64,000 nucleotides of DNA, taken from IMG/VR virus record IMGVR_UViG_3300020548_000306. The stretch is one strand, 5' to 3'. This document shows, piece by piece, positions 7,922 to 16,645 of this stretch (position 1 is the first letter of the stretch; each line of letters starts with the position of its first letter). The stretch is from a virus. The position numbers and the translations under genes are program-made. The notes below the pieces were generated by a model. The model ran no database searches. It worked only from the letters and a program-made list of their open reading frames with translations, and was not told the DNA's origin.

Positions 7922-8476
7922 TTATTTTTTATCGATTTTATCTGAGGCGTATTTAACCCCCATTATTGTTCCTATAATACTAAAACTGTTTGTTAATAAA
8001 ATACCAAACATATTCGACCATGATGATTCTATAATCTTTGAATCACCACCTATTGTTATTATGTAAATGTACATTGCTGTTGTTATTATACCAACACCAA
8101 TTATTACTGATAGTGCTATTTTAACAATTAACCCAATTAATTCAAATTGAGTTCTTTTTTGTAATAAATCTAAATCTCCTTCTGCTGATTTTTTAGCTTT
8201 CTCTGCTTGTTCTAATGCTAGTTTTAACTCTACATTTATTCTATCATTTTCTTCTTTTGCTTTTATTAATTGAGAGTTTTGAGCTTGAACTTGTTTTGTG
8301 ATGTTTAATCTTTTTCTTCGATTTTCATTATCATTTTCAACACACGTTTGTAAATATTTTTTAAAATCTTCATCATCAGTTTCAATAATTTTGGCAATAT
8401 TTCCCTCTAAACCTATTTTTCTAGATTCATATAGTTTTAAAAGTTGTTCTATTGTTTTCTTATCGAAACTTACCAT
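7922..8476 (-). CDS. Coiled-coil protein with two C-terminal TM helices
   Basis: Heptad-rich N-terminus; TMs LIGLIVKIALSVIIGVGIITTAMYIYII and MFGILLTNSFSIIGTIMGV; start overlaps the receiver stop (TAATG). Confidence 0.8.
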   Translation of the reverse strand: MVSFDKKTIEQLLKLYESRKIGLEGNIAKIIETDDEDFKKYLQTCVENDNENRRKRLNITKQVQAQNSQLIKAKEENDRINVELKLALEQAEKAKKSAEGDLDLLQKRTQFELIGLIVKIALSVIIGVGIITTAMYIYIITIGGDSKIIESSWSNMFGILLTNSFSIIGTIMGVKYASDKIDKK

Positions 8477-8913
8477 TATCTGTATACTTTAAATGCTGAT
8501 TTACCATGTTTATAATTCTCAAAATCTTTTCTGAAGTCTTCTAATCTAGGTTCTATGTCATCTGATTTTACAATCCAAAATTGAGCCCCAGCTTTTACTG
8601 CTTTTGCTTGTTCTTCTGGTTCATCACTAGATGATATTATTCCAATGATAACGTGGTTACCATATTCAAAATTTATTTTTCTAATCAACTCAATACCGTC
8701 AAAACTTGAACCGATAATATTTAAATCTACAAAAACACATTCTGGTCTTTCTTCTGTTTTATTGTTTTCATACCACGACTTAAACATTTTTTCAGCTTCA
8801 TCTGCTGAAGAAACGCTTTGCAGCGAAAGTGTTATATCTAGAAGACTACATGCATCTTCGAAAACTAAGTGGAATAAATCTTCATCATCCACTAATAATA
8901 TTGAATCTATCAT
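8476..8913 (-). CDS. Single-domain response regulator (REC only)
   Basis: ILLVDDED acidic pocket, VFVDLN phospho-Asp, ISSS, AGAQFWIVK conserved Lys; no output domain. Confidence 0.92.
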   Translation of the reverse strand: MIDSILLVDDEDLFHLVFEDACSLLDITLSLQSVSSADEAEKMFKSWYENNKTEERPECVFVDLNIIGSSFDGIELIRKINFEYGNHVIIGIISSSDEPEEQAKAVKAGAQFWIVKSDDIEPRLEDFRKDFENYKHGKSAFKVYR

Positions 8914-8919
8914 AACTAT

Positions 8920-10689
8920 TTAATTTTTATTTAACTTTATTTTCATTTTAGTTCCTATTTCATTTTTTTCACAATTAATTTTGAAACCATGCTCTTTTAA
9001 TATTGCAATACAAATATTTAAACCTAAACCAGTACCTGGCTCTTTTTGATTTTTGTTTCTAGTATACGGTTTTGAATATTCTTCAAATTCTTCTTGTGTT
9101 AATCCTCTACCATTATCTTGTACAACCAATGTTTCTTCATCTTCCATATAAATGTGGATTACTTTATTGTTTGAATCATTGTATTTTAAACCGTTTCTAA
9201 TCAAATTATCAATTGCTGTACAAAATAAAGATTCGTTCACCTCGTGATTAGGTAAATCATCAATTTTAATTTGACTAAAATATGCTGTTGATTTTAAGAA
9301 ATTAACCAATATTTCTTTAATGTTATGATAATCTTTTGATAAAACTGCGTCTTGTTTAACTAGGTTTGTAAATTCATAAACCCCTTTGTAAACTTTTTGT
9401 GTATGTTTTAAACCTTCTTTCAACATTCTTAAAGGTGCTTCTAATTTAGTTTCTTCTATAATTTCTGGTGATAATCTTCGTTCTAACGAACTAATACCCC
9501 TAGGGATATATGTATTTATACCAGAATGCATATCGTGTCTTAGAATCTTCGCAGCGTGCTCTAAATAGGTATTCTTTTTATTTAATTCATTTAACGATTC
9601 AAACAATTCGCTTACATCTTGTCTAATTGATGTGAAGCCCATTAGCTCACCAGTTTCATGATTAAAGTCAGCTTTAATATATGTGTCTACATAATATAGT
9701 TTACCGTTTTTGTTTTTATTAACCACTAATTCATGCCAAATCTTTTTATTCTTTACAGTAGTCTTATACATTTTAGTCCAGAATTCTTTTGATTGAACCC
9801 CAGAATTAACTATGCTGTGGTCTTTACCCAAAAGTTCTCTTTTACTGTAACCACAAACTTCAATAAACTTTTTATTAACATATGTTATTTTACCGTTTTT
9901 ATCCGCTTTTGAGACCAATGCGGTTTCGTTAATAAATTCCTCAAAATCAATCATATTTTGTTCAACAATTTTGTTTTCTTTAACGGAATACATAAACGAA
10001 AACAAAGATGATAACATCTCAGCAAAATTAACTTCAACCTTATGCCATTCTCTAGGTTTAAACGCTTCAATACAGATAACACCAATAACTTTACCTTTAT
10101 AAAATATTGGAACGTCTAACATAGAATTTATACCTAAAGGAATTAAATATGATTCCGTAAAACATCTTGTTGATTGATGCGTTCTAGCATCATTAGCTAC
10201 AATTATTGGGTCAACTATAAGGGCGTTGAAATAAGGCTCGTAATCCGTCTTATATAACGTAATATTGTTATACCATTTGTCTTCATGCTTTACATATAAT
10301 TGTTTACACGTAATAGCTGATTTATCTTCGTTATATAACCATATTGAACATCTGTCAGTATCAGTTGATAATGTAACTTCTTTTGTTAAATGTTTAGAAC
10401 CATCAATAATGTTACCATCATAAAATAATTGATTGTGTGATTGATGAATTAATGTTTCATTCAATTTTTTAGCATAATAATTTAACTTTGTGGATTCTTT
10501 ACCTTTTCTGATAAACCCTCTTACGAATAGAAAAGCTGGTATGCTAAATAGAATTATTGATACGTAATTGAAAATTGCAATTTCTTTGCATAACGGTATA
10601 AAATCTAGCATAATGAAAGTATGCATTAAAATATAAAAGACCATTATTGCAGTACCAATTCCAATATAAATTTTGTTAAGTTTATCCAT
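8920..10689 (-). CDS. Sensor histidine kinase, 2TM-GAF-PAS-HisKA-HATPase
   Basis: Two N-terminal TMs; GAF (DRCSIW...GINSMLDVPI...IGVICIE); PAS (ITYVNKKFIEVCGYSKRELLGKDH...RQDVS); H-box LRHDMH; N-box IDNLIRNGLKYN; G1 DNGRG; G2 GTGLGL. Confidence 0.93.
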   Translation of the reverse strand: MDKLNKIYIGIGTAIMVFYILMHTFIMLDFIPLCKEIAIFNYVSIILFSIPAFLFVRGFIRKGKESTKLNYYAKKLNETLIHQSHNQLFYDGNIIDGSKHLTKEVTLSTDTDRCSIWLYNEDKSAITCKQLYVKHEDKWYNNITLYKTDYEPYFNALIVDPIIVANDARTHQSTRCFTESYLIPLGINSMLDVPIFYKGKVIGVICIEAFKPREWHKVEVNFAEMLSSLFSFMYSVKENKIVEQNMIDFEEFINETALVSKADKNGKITYVNKKFIEVCGYSKRELLGKDHSIVNSGVQSKEFWTKMYKTTVKNKKIWHELVVNKNKNGKLYYVDTYIKADFNHETGELMGFTSIRQDVSELFESLNELNKKNTYLEHAAKILRHDMHSGINTYIPRGISSLERRLSPEIIEETKLEAPLRMLKEGLKHTQKVYKGVYEFTNLVKQDAVLSKDYHNIKEILVNFLKSTAYFSQIKIDDLPNHEVNESLFCTAIDNLIRNGLKYNDSNNKVIHIYMEDEETLVVQDNGRGLTQEEFEEYSKPYTRNKNQKEPGTGLGLNICIAILKEHGFKINCEKNEIGTKMKIKLNKN

Positions 10690-10704
10690 GTTGTAACTTT
10701 AATT

Positions 10705-10712
10705 ATAAATAT
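10705..10712 (-). promoter_or_regulatory. ATATTTAT phage promoter-like motif for the kinase operon
   Basis: 15 nt upstream of the kinase ATG, downstream of the lysozyme terminator. Confidence 0.6.
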
Positions 10713-10724
10713 TCAAAAAAAACC

Positions 10725-10752
10725 AAAAACCCCAGCCGTGGCCAGGGTTTTT
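10725..10752 (-). terminator. Intrinsic terminator of the lysozyme gene
   Basis: ACCCTGGC-CACG-GCTGGGGT plus U-tract on the minus strand. Confidence 0.75.
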
Positions 10753-10771
10753 GAATAATTTCTTCTTGTAT

Positions 10772-11233
10772 TTATTTAGTAAAATATAAATCAGCTTCAG
10801 CTGTTCTTCTAGTAACTAAACCTTTTAACGTTCTGCCGCCAGCTTTTGTCCATTTCATAAATTCAGCTCTGATTGTTTCATCGTTAGGGTTAGCATTAAC
10901 TTTTTTTAATAATGTTGAAGATTTTAAGTTAGCTGGTCCTAAATTGTAACAAAAAGAAACTAATGCATCAAATTGGTTTTGTGTGATAGTATCAATACAA
11001 TATGAATCTACATATTGTTCAAATTTTGATAACATAGATTTCAACAATTCAACACCTTCAGCTTCAGTTACAGCTTTGTCAGACATTGTTACTTTTTTAC
11101 CATTAGGGTAAAACGTTGCTCCATATGCTATTGTAGGAATCCCAGCTGGACACTTATAAGGTTTAGACATAAACCCTTCAAATTTTTTAATTAGTTCGAT
11201 ACCTTTTGTACCAGTTTTTGTAATCTTTTCCAT
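10772..11233 (-). CDS. GH24 phage lysozyme (endolysin)
   Basis: FEG...YKCPAGIPTIAYG gives the E-x8-C-x5-T triad; QNQFDALVSFCYNLG; W...GL..RRTAEADL. Confidence 0.95.
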   Translation of the reverse strand: MEKITKTGTKGIELIKKFEGFMSKPYKCPAGIPTIAYGATFYPNGKKVTMSDKAVTEAEGVELLKSMLSKFEQYVDSYCIDTITQNQFDALVSFCYNLGPANLKSSTLLKKVNANPNDETIRAEFMKWTKAGGRTLKGLVTRRTAEADLYFTK

Positions 11234-11245
11234 AACTTTTTATTC

Positions 11246-11253
11246 ATAAATAT
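11246..11253 (-). promoter_or_regulatory. ATATTTAT phage promoter-like motif
   Basis: 12 nt upstream of the lysozyme ATG. Confidence 0.6.
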
Positions 11254-11262
11254 TATACAAAT

Positions 11263-11294
11263 AAAAAAGGTACCCATTAGAGTACCTTTTTTTT
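11263..11294 (-). terminator. Intrinsic terminator
   Basis: AAAAAAGGTAC-CCATTAGA-GTACCTTTTTT inverted repeat with A/T tracts on both sides. Confidence 0.75.
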
Positions 11295-11312
11295 ATATAT
11301 TATATCGTATTA

Positions 11313-13490
11313 TTATTTAACACCATATTTGCCTTGTGCTCCATAATGGTGACCATTCTTTTTCCACCAAGCAGCATCTTTAAGTGCACTACCAGCTAAT
11401 GCTGCAACACCTAAACCTATTGCTAATGCTGGATGACCCATCATAGCCGCTGGGATAATACCAGCTAATGAACCTAAAGCACCACGCATTATAAGTTTAT
11501 CTAAAATTTGTCTTAATTTTAATTCACTTTGGCTCATACCATAATCACCTTCAGCTGGTGGTTCTGGTAAACCTTCATTAACTGATTGATTTAATGCATT
11601 AGCAACCATTTCTTTACCACCTTGTTGATAAGCTTGTACTAAAAAATTAACTTCTTCTGGTGATAATATTGATTCTATTTTATCAGCAACTTTTTCAGCA
11701 CCAACCTCAATTGATTGCACAGCATCTTCATTCATTGCCATTCCAGTGTCAGCACCCATATTTTGAGTACCCATATTTTGAGCAGCATCTGGTTGTTTTG
11801 AATTAATATCATTCATTACTTGTTTTAATTTATCAACAAGTACTCTCATTTTACCAGAATCTTGATTACCTGGGTTGTCAAACGTTGAAATTAAATCGTC
11901 AATAATTGAATATAATTCAGCTCTTTCATTTCCAGCTATTTTACCAAATGCTGTTCTAAGTTTATCGTTAATTAAACTTCTAAAATCATTAAAAGCAACT
12001 TTAATTTTACCCATACCTTCATTCATCATGTCTTCGTACATAGCTGCTTCATTCATTTCACCTTCTTCGTACATACCTTCTTCCATCCACGATTCGTTGA
12101 TTGGTTCAAATTTGATTCCACCTATAACAACACCTTCAGATAAACCTTCTTCATTTTCTTTAGCTTCAGTTTCAACTTTTGCAGTTGTTTCTTTACCCAT
12201 GTGAATGTGTTTTTTTGCGTCAGCAGCTTGAGGAACATTGATTTCATCCCAGTTACCTTCTTTAGCTGTTACATCTTCAATATTTTTACCACCTTTAGAT
12301 GTTGTTTCTGTTGATTTAGTAGTTTCTTCTTTTACTTCTTCCTCTTCTTTAACAACTTCTTCCTCTTCAACAGATTCTTTCATTGTCACATGTTTAGTCG
12401 CTTCTGCTGCATGTTTTTTAATTTTTTCAAACTCACCAGTTTTTGGATTTGGTGCTTCAGTTTTCTTTTCAGAAGCTACAGAACCTTCAACATGTTTTTT
12501 TGCATCAGCAGCTTGAGGAACATTAATTTCATCCCAGTTACCTTCTTTAGCGTCAGCATCTTCGATGTCTTCCATTTCCATTAACATTTTTGTTTTTTTC
12601 CAAATGTCATTGAATGTTGAGTTTTCATCTAATCTAGCTCTACCTTTAACAGTACCTAAAGTTTCTTGAGATTTGTAACCCATAAGGTGTTTCATCTTTT
12701 GCATATCTTCATTAACCATAGTTTTATCAGCTGCCATAAGTACAACTGCTTTACCTTCAGTTAATGAACCTTCCCAACGGATTTTGTAATTTTCTACACC
12801 GTCAGTCATTTCAAATACTTTATTATCTACTCTGTATGATTCTGGTATCATTTTAAGTGCATTTCCAACACCGTTAAACTCTTTTTTGAATTTAAGTCTT
12901 TTCATTCCTTCTTTTATTTGTGTTTTATTGTTATCTTTATTTTCCGCTAACGCTGAGTGAACACCCATAGGTTGGTTACCTTTTGGTACAACCTCTATGT
13001 CATCACCAAAACTCATAATACCAGTCTGAGCATCCATTCTCTTTTTAAATGAATCTTCTGCATTCTTAACTAAGTTTTTACCGAACTCTGGTCCAGTAAA
13101 TCCTTGTTGTGCTGGAATAACATTAGCCCAATCTGGATTGTTACCCATTCTACTTGAACCTTCGATTGCTTCTTTTGCTCTATCTTTGAATTCTTTGTTT
13201 GGGTCTCTGTCATATTGAATCATCTCTTGACCATTCATGATTTCCATTTGGTCGTGATATTCTTTTTCTTTATCACCGTTATAGTTAAATTTGTTGTTAA
13301 CATCAGTAGCTTCCATACCTTTGTTTAAATTTTTCTCATAACTAGCTAAATTTTTATCAACATCTTTAACAGCTTGTTTGTTTATTTTTTCTGATTCTTT
13401 TTTTGCAGCATTTGTTACCGCAATACCTGGAGTTTCAGCTTCATTAACAAATTTATTAACTAAATGTTTTTTAATTATATTTTTATCCAT
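11313..13490 (-). CDS. Large acidic protein, probable head-associated/internal virion protein
   Basis: Many xxE sites (VNE, LAE, IKE, LTE, INE, MNE); duplicated AKEGNWDEINVPQAADAKKH; Gly/Ala-rich hydrophobic C-terminal hairpin. Confidence 0.7.
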   Translation of the reverse strand: MDKNIIKKHLVNKFVNEAETPGIAVTNAAKKESEKINKQAVKDVDKNLASYEKNLNKGMEATDVNNKFNYNGDKEKEYHDQMEIMNGQEMIQYDRDPNKEFKDRAKEAIEGSSRMGNNPDWANVIPAQQGFTGPEFGKNLVKNAEDSFKKRMDAQTGIMSFGDDIEVVPKGNQPMGVHSALAENKDNNKTQIKEGMKRLKFKKEFNGVGNALKMIPESYRVDNKVFEMTDGVENYKIRWEGSLTEGKAVVLMAADKTMVNEDMQKMKHLMGYKSQETLGTVKGRARLDENSTFNDIWKKTKMLMEMEDIEDADAKEGNWDEINVPQAADAKKHVEGSVASEKKTEAPNPKTGEFEKIKKHAAEATKHVTMKESVEEEEVVKEEEEVKEETTKSTETTSKGGKNIEDVTAKEGNWDEINVPQAADAKKHIHMGKETTAKVETEAKENEEGLSEGVVIGGIKFEPINESWMEEGMYEEGEMNEAAMYEDMMNEGMGKIKVAFNDFRSLINDKLRTAFGKIAGNERAELYSIIDDLISTFDNPGNQDSGKMRVLVDKLKQVMNDINSKQPDAAQNMGTQNMGADTGMAMNEDAVQSIEVGAEKVADKIESILSPEEVNFLVQAYQQGGKEMVANALNQSVNEGLPEPPAEGDYGMSQSELKLRQILDKLIMRGALGSLAGIIPAAMMGHPALAIGLGVAALAGSALKDAAWWKKNGHHYGAQGKYGVK
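12208..12266. repeat. 59-bp direct repeat, copy 1 (codes AKEGNWDEINVPQAADAKKH)
   Basis: Matches 12493-12551 with two synonymous mismatches. Confidence 0.9.
12493..12551. repeat. 59-bp direct repeat, copy 2
   Basis: Matches 12208-12266. Confidence 0.9.
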
Positions 13491-13507
13491 TTTTAATTGA
13501 TTTTATT

Positions 13508-13515
13508 ATAAATAT
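13508..13515 (-). promoter_or_regulatory. ATATTTAT phage promoter-like motif
   Basis: 17 nt upstream of the ATG at 13490. Confidence 0.6.
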
Positions 13516-13536
13516 CTTAGTTTTAAGTAAAGTTTA

Positions 13537-15051
13537 CTACTTATTATTTTTAAATTCAATAATTCTCTTAACCTCGTCTAACGTTCTACCAGTTTGTTTA
13601 GCAATCGTTTCATAGATTTTATTTTCTTTAGCTAAAGTAGGTGCGTTTACACTTCCTTTACCTTTTTTAAGTTTAAGACTTGACGCACCAGAGTTACAAC
13701 CACCATTTTGAGCTTCTTTATTGTTGTTTGGTTTTGAACATTCTGGTTGTTGTGGGAAAGTTCCACCAGCCCATTGTGGTTCTTTAAAAGCTCTAGGTTG
13801 TTCACCTTTATTAAATTCACCGTTTCTACCAATAGATAAAGCGTTTGCATCGTATGCACCTATCGACCCTTCACCTTCTGTTGTTTCGTTTATACCTTCT
13901 TTAAAAGTTCTTTTAAGTGGTTTACCAAATTGTGGGACTGGAGTGTTTAATCTTGCACCAGCACCACCGCCACCAAAAACACTAACACCACCACCTATAG
14001 CACCAGCGGTTGTTGCTTCATCAAAAGGTAATCTTGTTTGTGTATACTCTGGGTTTTTTGATTGTGGTTGAACTTTAGGTAAAACTTTTTTCTTTTTATT
14101 TAAATAATTACCACCAAAACCACCAGTTTCGTGGTCACCAGTAATATTTTTTCTAGCGGCTAAAGCATCAGCTGATACATCAGTTTTTGGTTTATTAGTA
14201 CCAGTAAACCCTCGACCTAATTGTTGTTTTATTTTTTCTCTTTCCTCAGCGTCTGAACTACCATATTCATTTAATGGTTCTTCTTCTCCTTCGCCATTTA
14301 ATAAATTGTTTAATTCTTCATCTTCTGAATAAAAATCTAATAAATCATTTTTAACTTCATCAGTGATAGGTGTTAATTTATCATAATTTGAATCAATATA
14401 ATTTATTAAAACTTGTCTTATTTGGTCGTCATTGTTAGTCCAATAACCATCGTTACTATCTTCAGCATAACCTAATGAAACAGCAATGTTAGTTAATTTA
14501 GAATTTTCACTGTTAACAGCTTTCATAAATTCACTATTGTAATCATCTAAATCAATTGACAATAACCCGTCTTCAGAAGAAACTATTGCTATATCACCGT
14601 TGTAATATTTAATATCAATATCACTTTCTTGTGTTGTTGGTCTTGGATATTTTTGTGGTTCTTGGTTTATTGGGTTGTCTGGGTGATTATCAAACCAATC
14701 ACCTTCATTTATACCACCAACGATTTCATTTAACGTTTCTTCGTAAATTTTTAATGCGTCTTGTGGTGAACCTAATTTTTTTGATAGTTTATAACCATCT
14801 TTTTCTTTAACTAGGATATCTTTTAACCCTTCTAAAACAGCTTCATATTTTACATTGCTTTCGTTCCAGAATTCTGATAAATTTTTAGATTTGCCATAAA
14901 GATATTCTAAAAGGTTTTTATATTCTTCTTTTAAGTTATATTTTTTAGCCATATCAGAACCTTTATCTAACCCTCCTTTATCTGTAGGTTCTTGGTTTAA
15001 AGATTCTAATAATGTTTTGTATTGTTTTTTGCTTAAAATTATTTTTTTCAT
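13537..15051 (-). CDS. Hypothetical acidic/Gly-rich protein, probable head-associated protein
   Basis: 504 aa; leader MKKIILSKKQYKTLLE; recurring LNE/INE/FDE sites. Confidence 0.7.
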   Translation of the reverse strand: MKKIILSKKQYKTLLESLNQEPTDKGGLDKGSDMAKKYNLKEEYKNLLEYLYGKSKNLSEFWNESNVKYEAVLEGLKDILVKEKDGYKLSKKLGSPQDALKIYEETLNEIVGGINEGDWFDNHPDNPINQEPQKYPRPTTQESDIDIKYYNGDIAIVSSEDGLLSIDLDDYNSEFMKAVNSENSKLTNIAVSLGYAEDSNDGYWTNNDDQIRQVLINYIDSNYDKLTPITDEVKNDLLDFYSEDEELNNLLNGEGEEEPLNEYGSSDAEEREKIKQQLGRGFTGTNKPKTDVSADALAARKNITGDHETGGFGGNYLNKKKKVLPKVQPQSKNPEYTQTRLPFDEATTAGAIGGGVSVFGGGGAGARLNTPVPQFGKPLKRTFKEGINETTEGEGSIGAYDANALSIGRNGEFNKGEQPRAFKEPQWAGGTFPQQPECSKPNNNKEAQNGGCNSGASSLKLKKGKGSVNAPTLAKENKIYETIAKQTGRTLDEVKRIIEFKNNK

Positions 15052-15053
15052 TA

Positions 15054-15296
15054 TTAATTATTTTTATTTGAAAGGTTATCTATCCATGTATTTCTTTTTA
15101 GCCAAAGAGTTTTATAAAGCTGCGTCAAAACGTTTTTAGTTATTTCAACAATTTTATTTTCTAATTCCTTTTCGTTTTTAAGTTTTTCTTTAACTATCTT
15201 TTCGATTTTATTTTTAAAATCTGCACTATCAATATAACCTTTAATTTGTTTATTGACATCTGTTTTTGATAGCTCTTCTTTAATTATATTTCTCAT
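15054..15296 (-). CDS. Small hypothetical protein with xxE leader
   Basis: MRNIIKEE...; ATATTTAT motif upstream. Confidence 0.7.
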   Translation of the reverse strand: MRNIIKEELSKTDVNKQIKGYIDSADFKNKIEKIVKEKLKNEKELENKIVEITKNVLTQLYKTLWLKRNTWIDNLSNKNN

Positions 15297-15310
15297 TTAG
15301 ACTTTTTATT

Positions 15311-15318
15311 ATAAATAT
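15311..15318 (-). promoter_or_regulatory. ATATTTAT phage promoter-like motif
   Basis: 14 nt upstream of the ATG at 15296. Confidence 0.6.
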
Positions 15319-15329
15319 GGTTAATAAAC

Positions 15330-15355
15330 AAAAAAAGCCCTAAGATTAGGGCTTT
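15330..15355 (-). terminator. Intrinsic terminator
   Basis: AAAGCCCTAA-TC-TTAGGGCTTT plus U-tract. Confidence 0.75.
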
Positions 15356-15375
15356 ATTTAATTATTATAATATTA

Positions 15376-16077
15376 TTATTTAATCATGTAATCACTAGGT
15401 GATATTACAAGTTCACATTCTGAAAATGAATTATCAGTGTAGTCTAATGGACCAAAGTTAACCGATTTTAATAAACAACCAGTCATTACCCAACTTTCAT
15501 AAACAACACCAGTTGGTTCTAGTATTTCAACTTTCATTCCAAATCTTTTATGGTTGATACCCATATCCATTAATTTCTTGTTGATTTGGTTTTGTAGTGG
15601 GGATTTGAATTTTAAAACTATGTCTTCTATTTTATATTTTTTAATAAGCGTCTTAATACCTAAAACCATTACGTTTTCAAAATTTACTTTTGGGCCATTT
15701 ATTGATGAAATGAAAAAAGGTTCAATACCTAATTCTTTATCTAATATAACTAAAAATCTATTCTTTCTACCAAATTCTGGTATTTTAATATCTTTACCAA
15801 ATCTATGATTGTTTCCATTTTTTGTTCTAGTTATTGCATCATCTTCTTTTGCCAACAACGGATTCTTTTTACCAGTTAATTCTTCATAATAAGGATTGGC
15901 TTCACCAGTGAATGGGTCATACATTGGTATCTCATTTTTCCTTTGTTCTACATACTCTTTAGGTAGTGGTTTAGACATTATAGGATTTGGTGCAGCTGCT
16001 TTTCTCCTTGTTCTTGGTTTATAATTCTTTTTATTACTTTTTGTTGTTCCTTCTTGTATTGGTTTTGGTTCTTCCAT
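15376..16077 (-). CDS. Tail-tube (T4 gp19-like) paralogue with basic N-terminal extension
   Basis: RKNRFLV...FISSINGPK...LKFKSP...VEILEPTGVVYESW.MTGC...VNFGPLDY resembles myophage tail-tube proteins (pattern recognition only). Confidence 0.55.
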   Translation of the reverse strand: MEEPKPIQEGTTKSNKKNYKPRTRRKAAAPNPIMSKPLPKEYVEQRKNEIPMYDPFTGEANPYYEELTGKKNPLLAKEDDAITRTKNGNNHRFGKDIKIPEFGRKNRFLVILDKELGIEPFFISSINGPKVNFENVMVLGIKTLIKKYKIEDIVLKFKSPLQNQINKKLMDMGINHKRFGMKVEILEPTGVVYESWVMTGCLLKSVNFGPLDYTDNSFSECELVISPSDYMIK

Positions 16078-16081
16078 AAAA

Positions 16082-16645
16082 CTATTCTTTTATTTTTATA
16101 TTATTTATAACACTTATAGTATCTTTCATACATTCACTATAAATTTTGGAACTGTAATAAGGTTTAAATTTCAATAATCCCCATAAGTATTTATTTTCCC
16201 AATCTTTATATAGAAATGTTGTTAAATTATCTTTAAATTCTTTATTCGTAAATGATATTGAATCTTTTTTAATAAACCCAGAAAAAGTATAACACTTTTC
16301 TTTTAATGTGAAATAACTTTTTTCTGAAACACTATCTGTTTTTAAAACAGTAGATGTAACAACAGAATCTCTAAATCTATATTTAGTATCTATAATGTTT
16401 GTTATGTGTTTTGTTTTAATATTTAAAACTTTTGCTATTGAATCATATTTTGGGTATAAGTCTTTTAGTTCACCAGCAGTTAATTCTTGCTGCCTAGACT
16501 TATCTTTAACGATTGCAATAACGTTATTGCTAAATCTTTTTCGTTCTTCTTTTTCATTTTTATATAGCTTAAATAAAAAAGCTAGTGATGTAAATAATAC
16601 CACCACTAATAAAACTAATCCTATTAATATTTTATTTTTTAACAT
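16082..16645 (-). CDS. N-terminally membrane-anchored protein, spanin-like candidate
   Basis: Start reassigned to MLKNKIL; one N-terminal TM followed by a coiled-coil/beta region; lies in a cluster with an amidase. Confidence 0.6.
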   Translation of the reverse strand: MLKNKILIGLVLLVVVLFTSLAFLFKLYKNEKEERKRFSNNVIAIVKDKSRQQELTAGELKDLYPKYDSIAKVLNIKTKHITNIIDTKYRFRDSVVTSTVLKTDSVSEKSYFTLKEKCYTFSGFIKKDSISFTNKEFKDNLTTFLYKDWENKYLWGLLKFKPYYSSKIYSECMKDTISVINNIKIKE

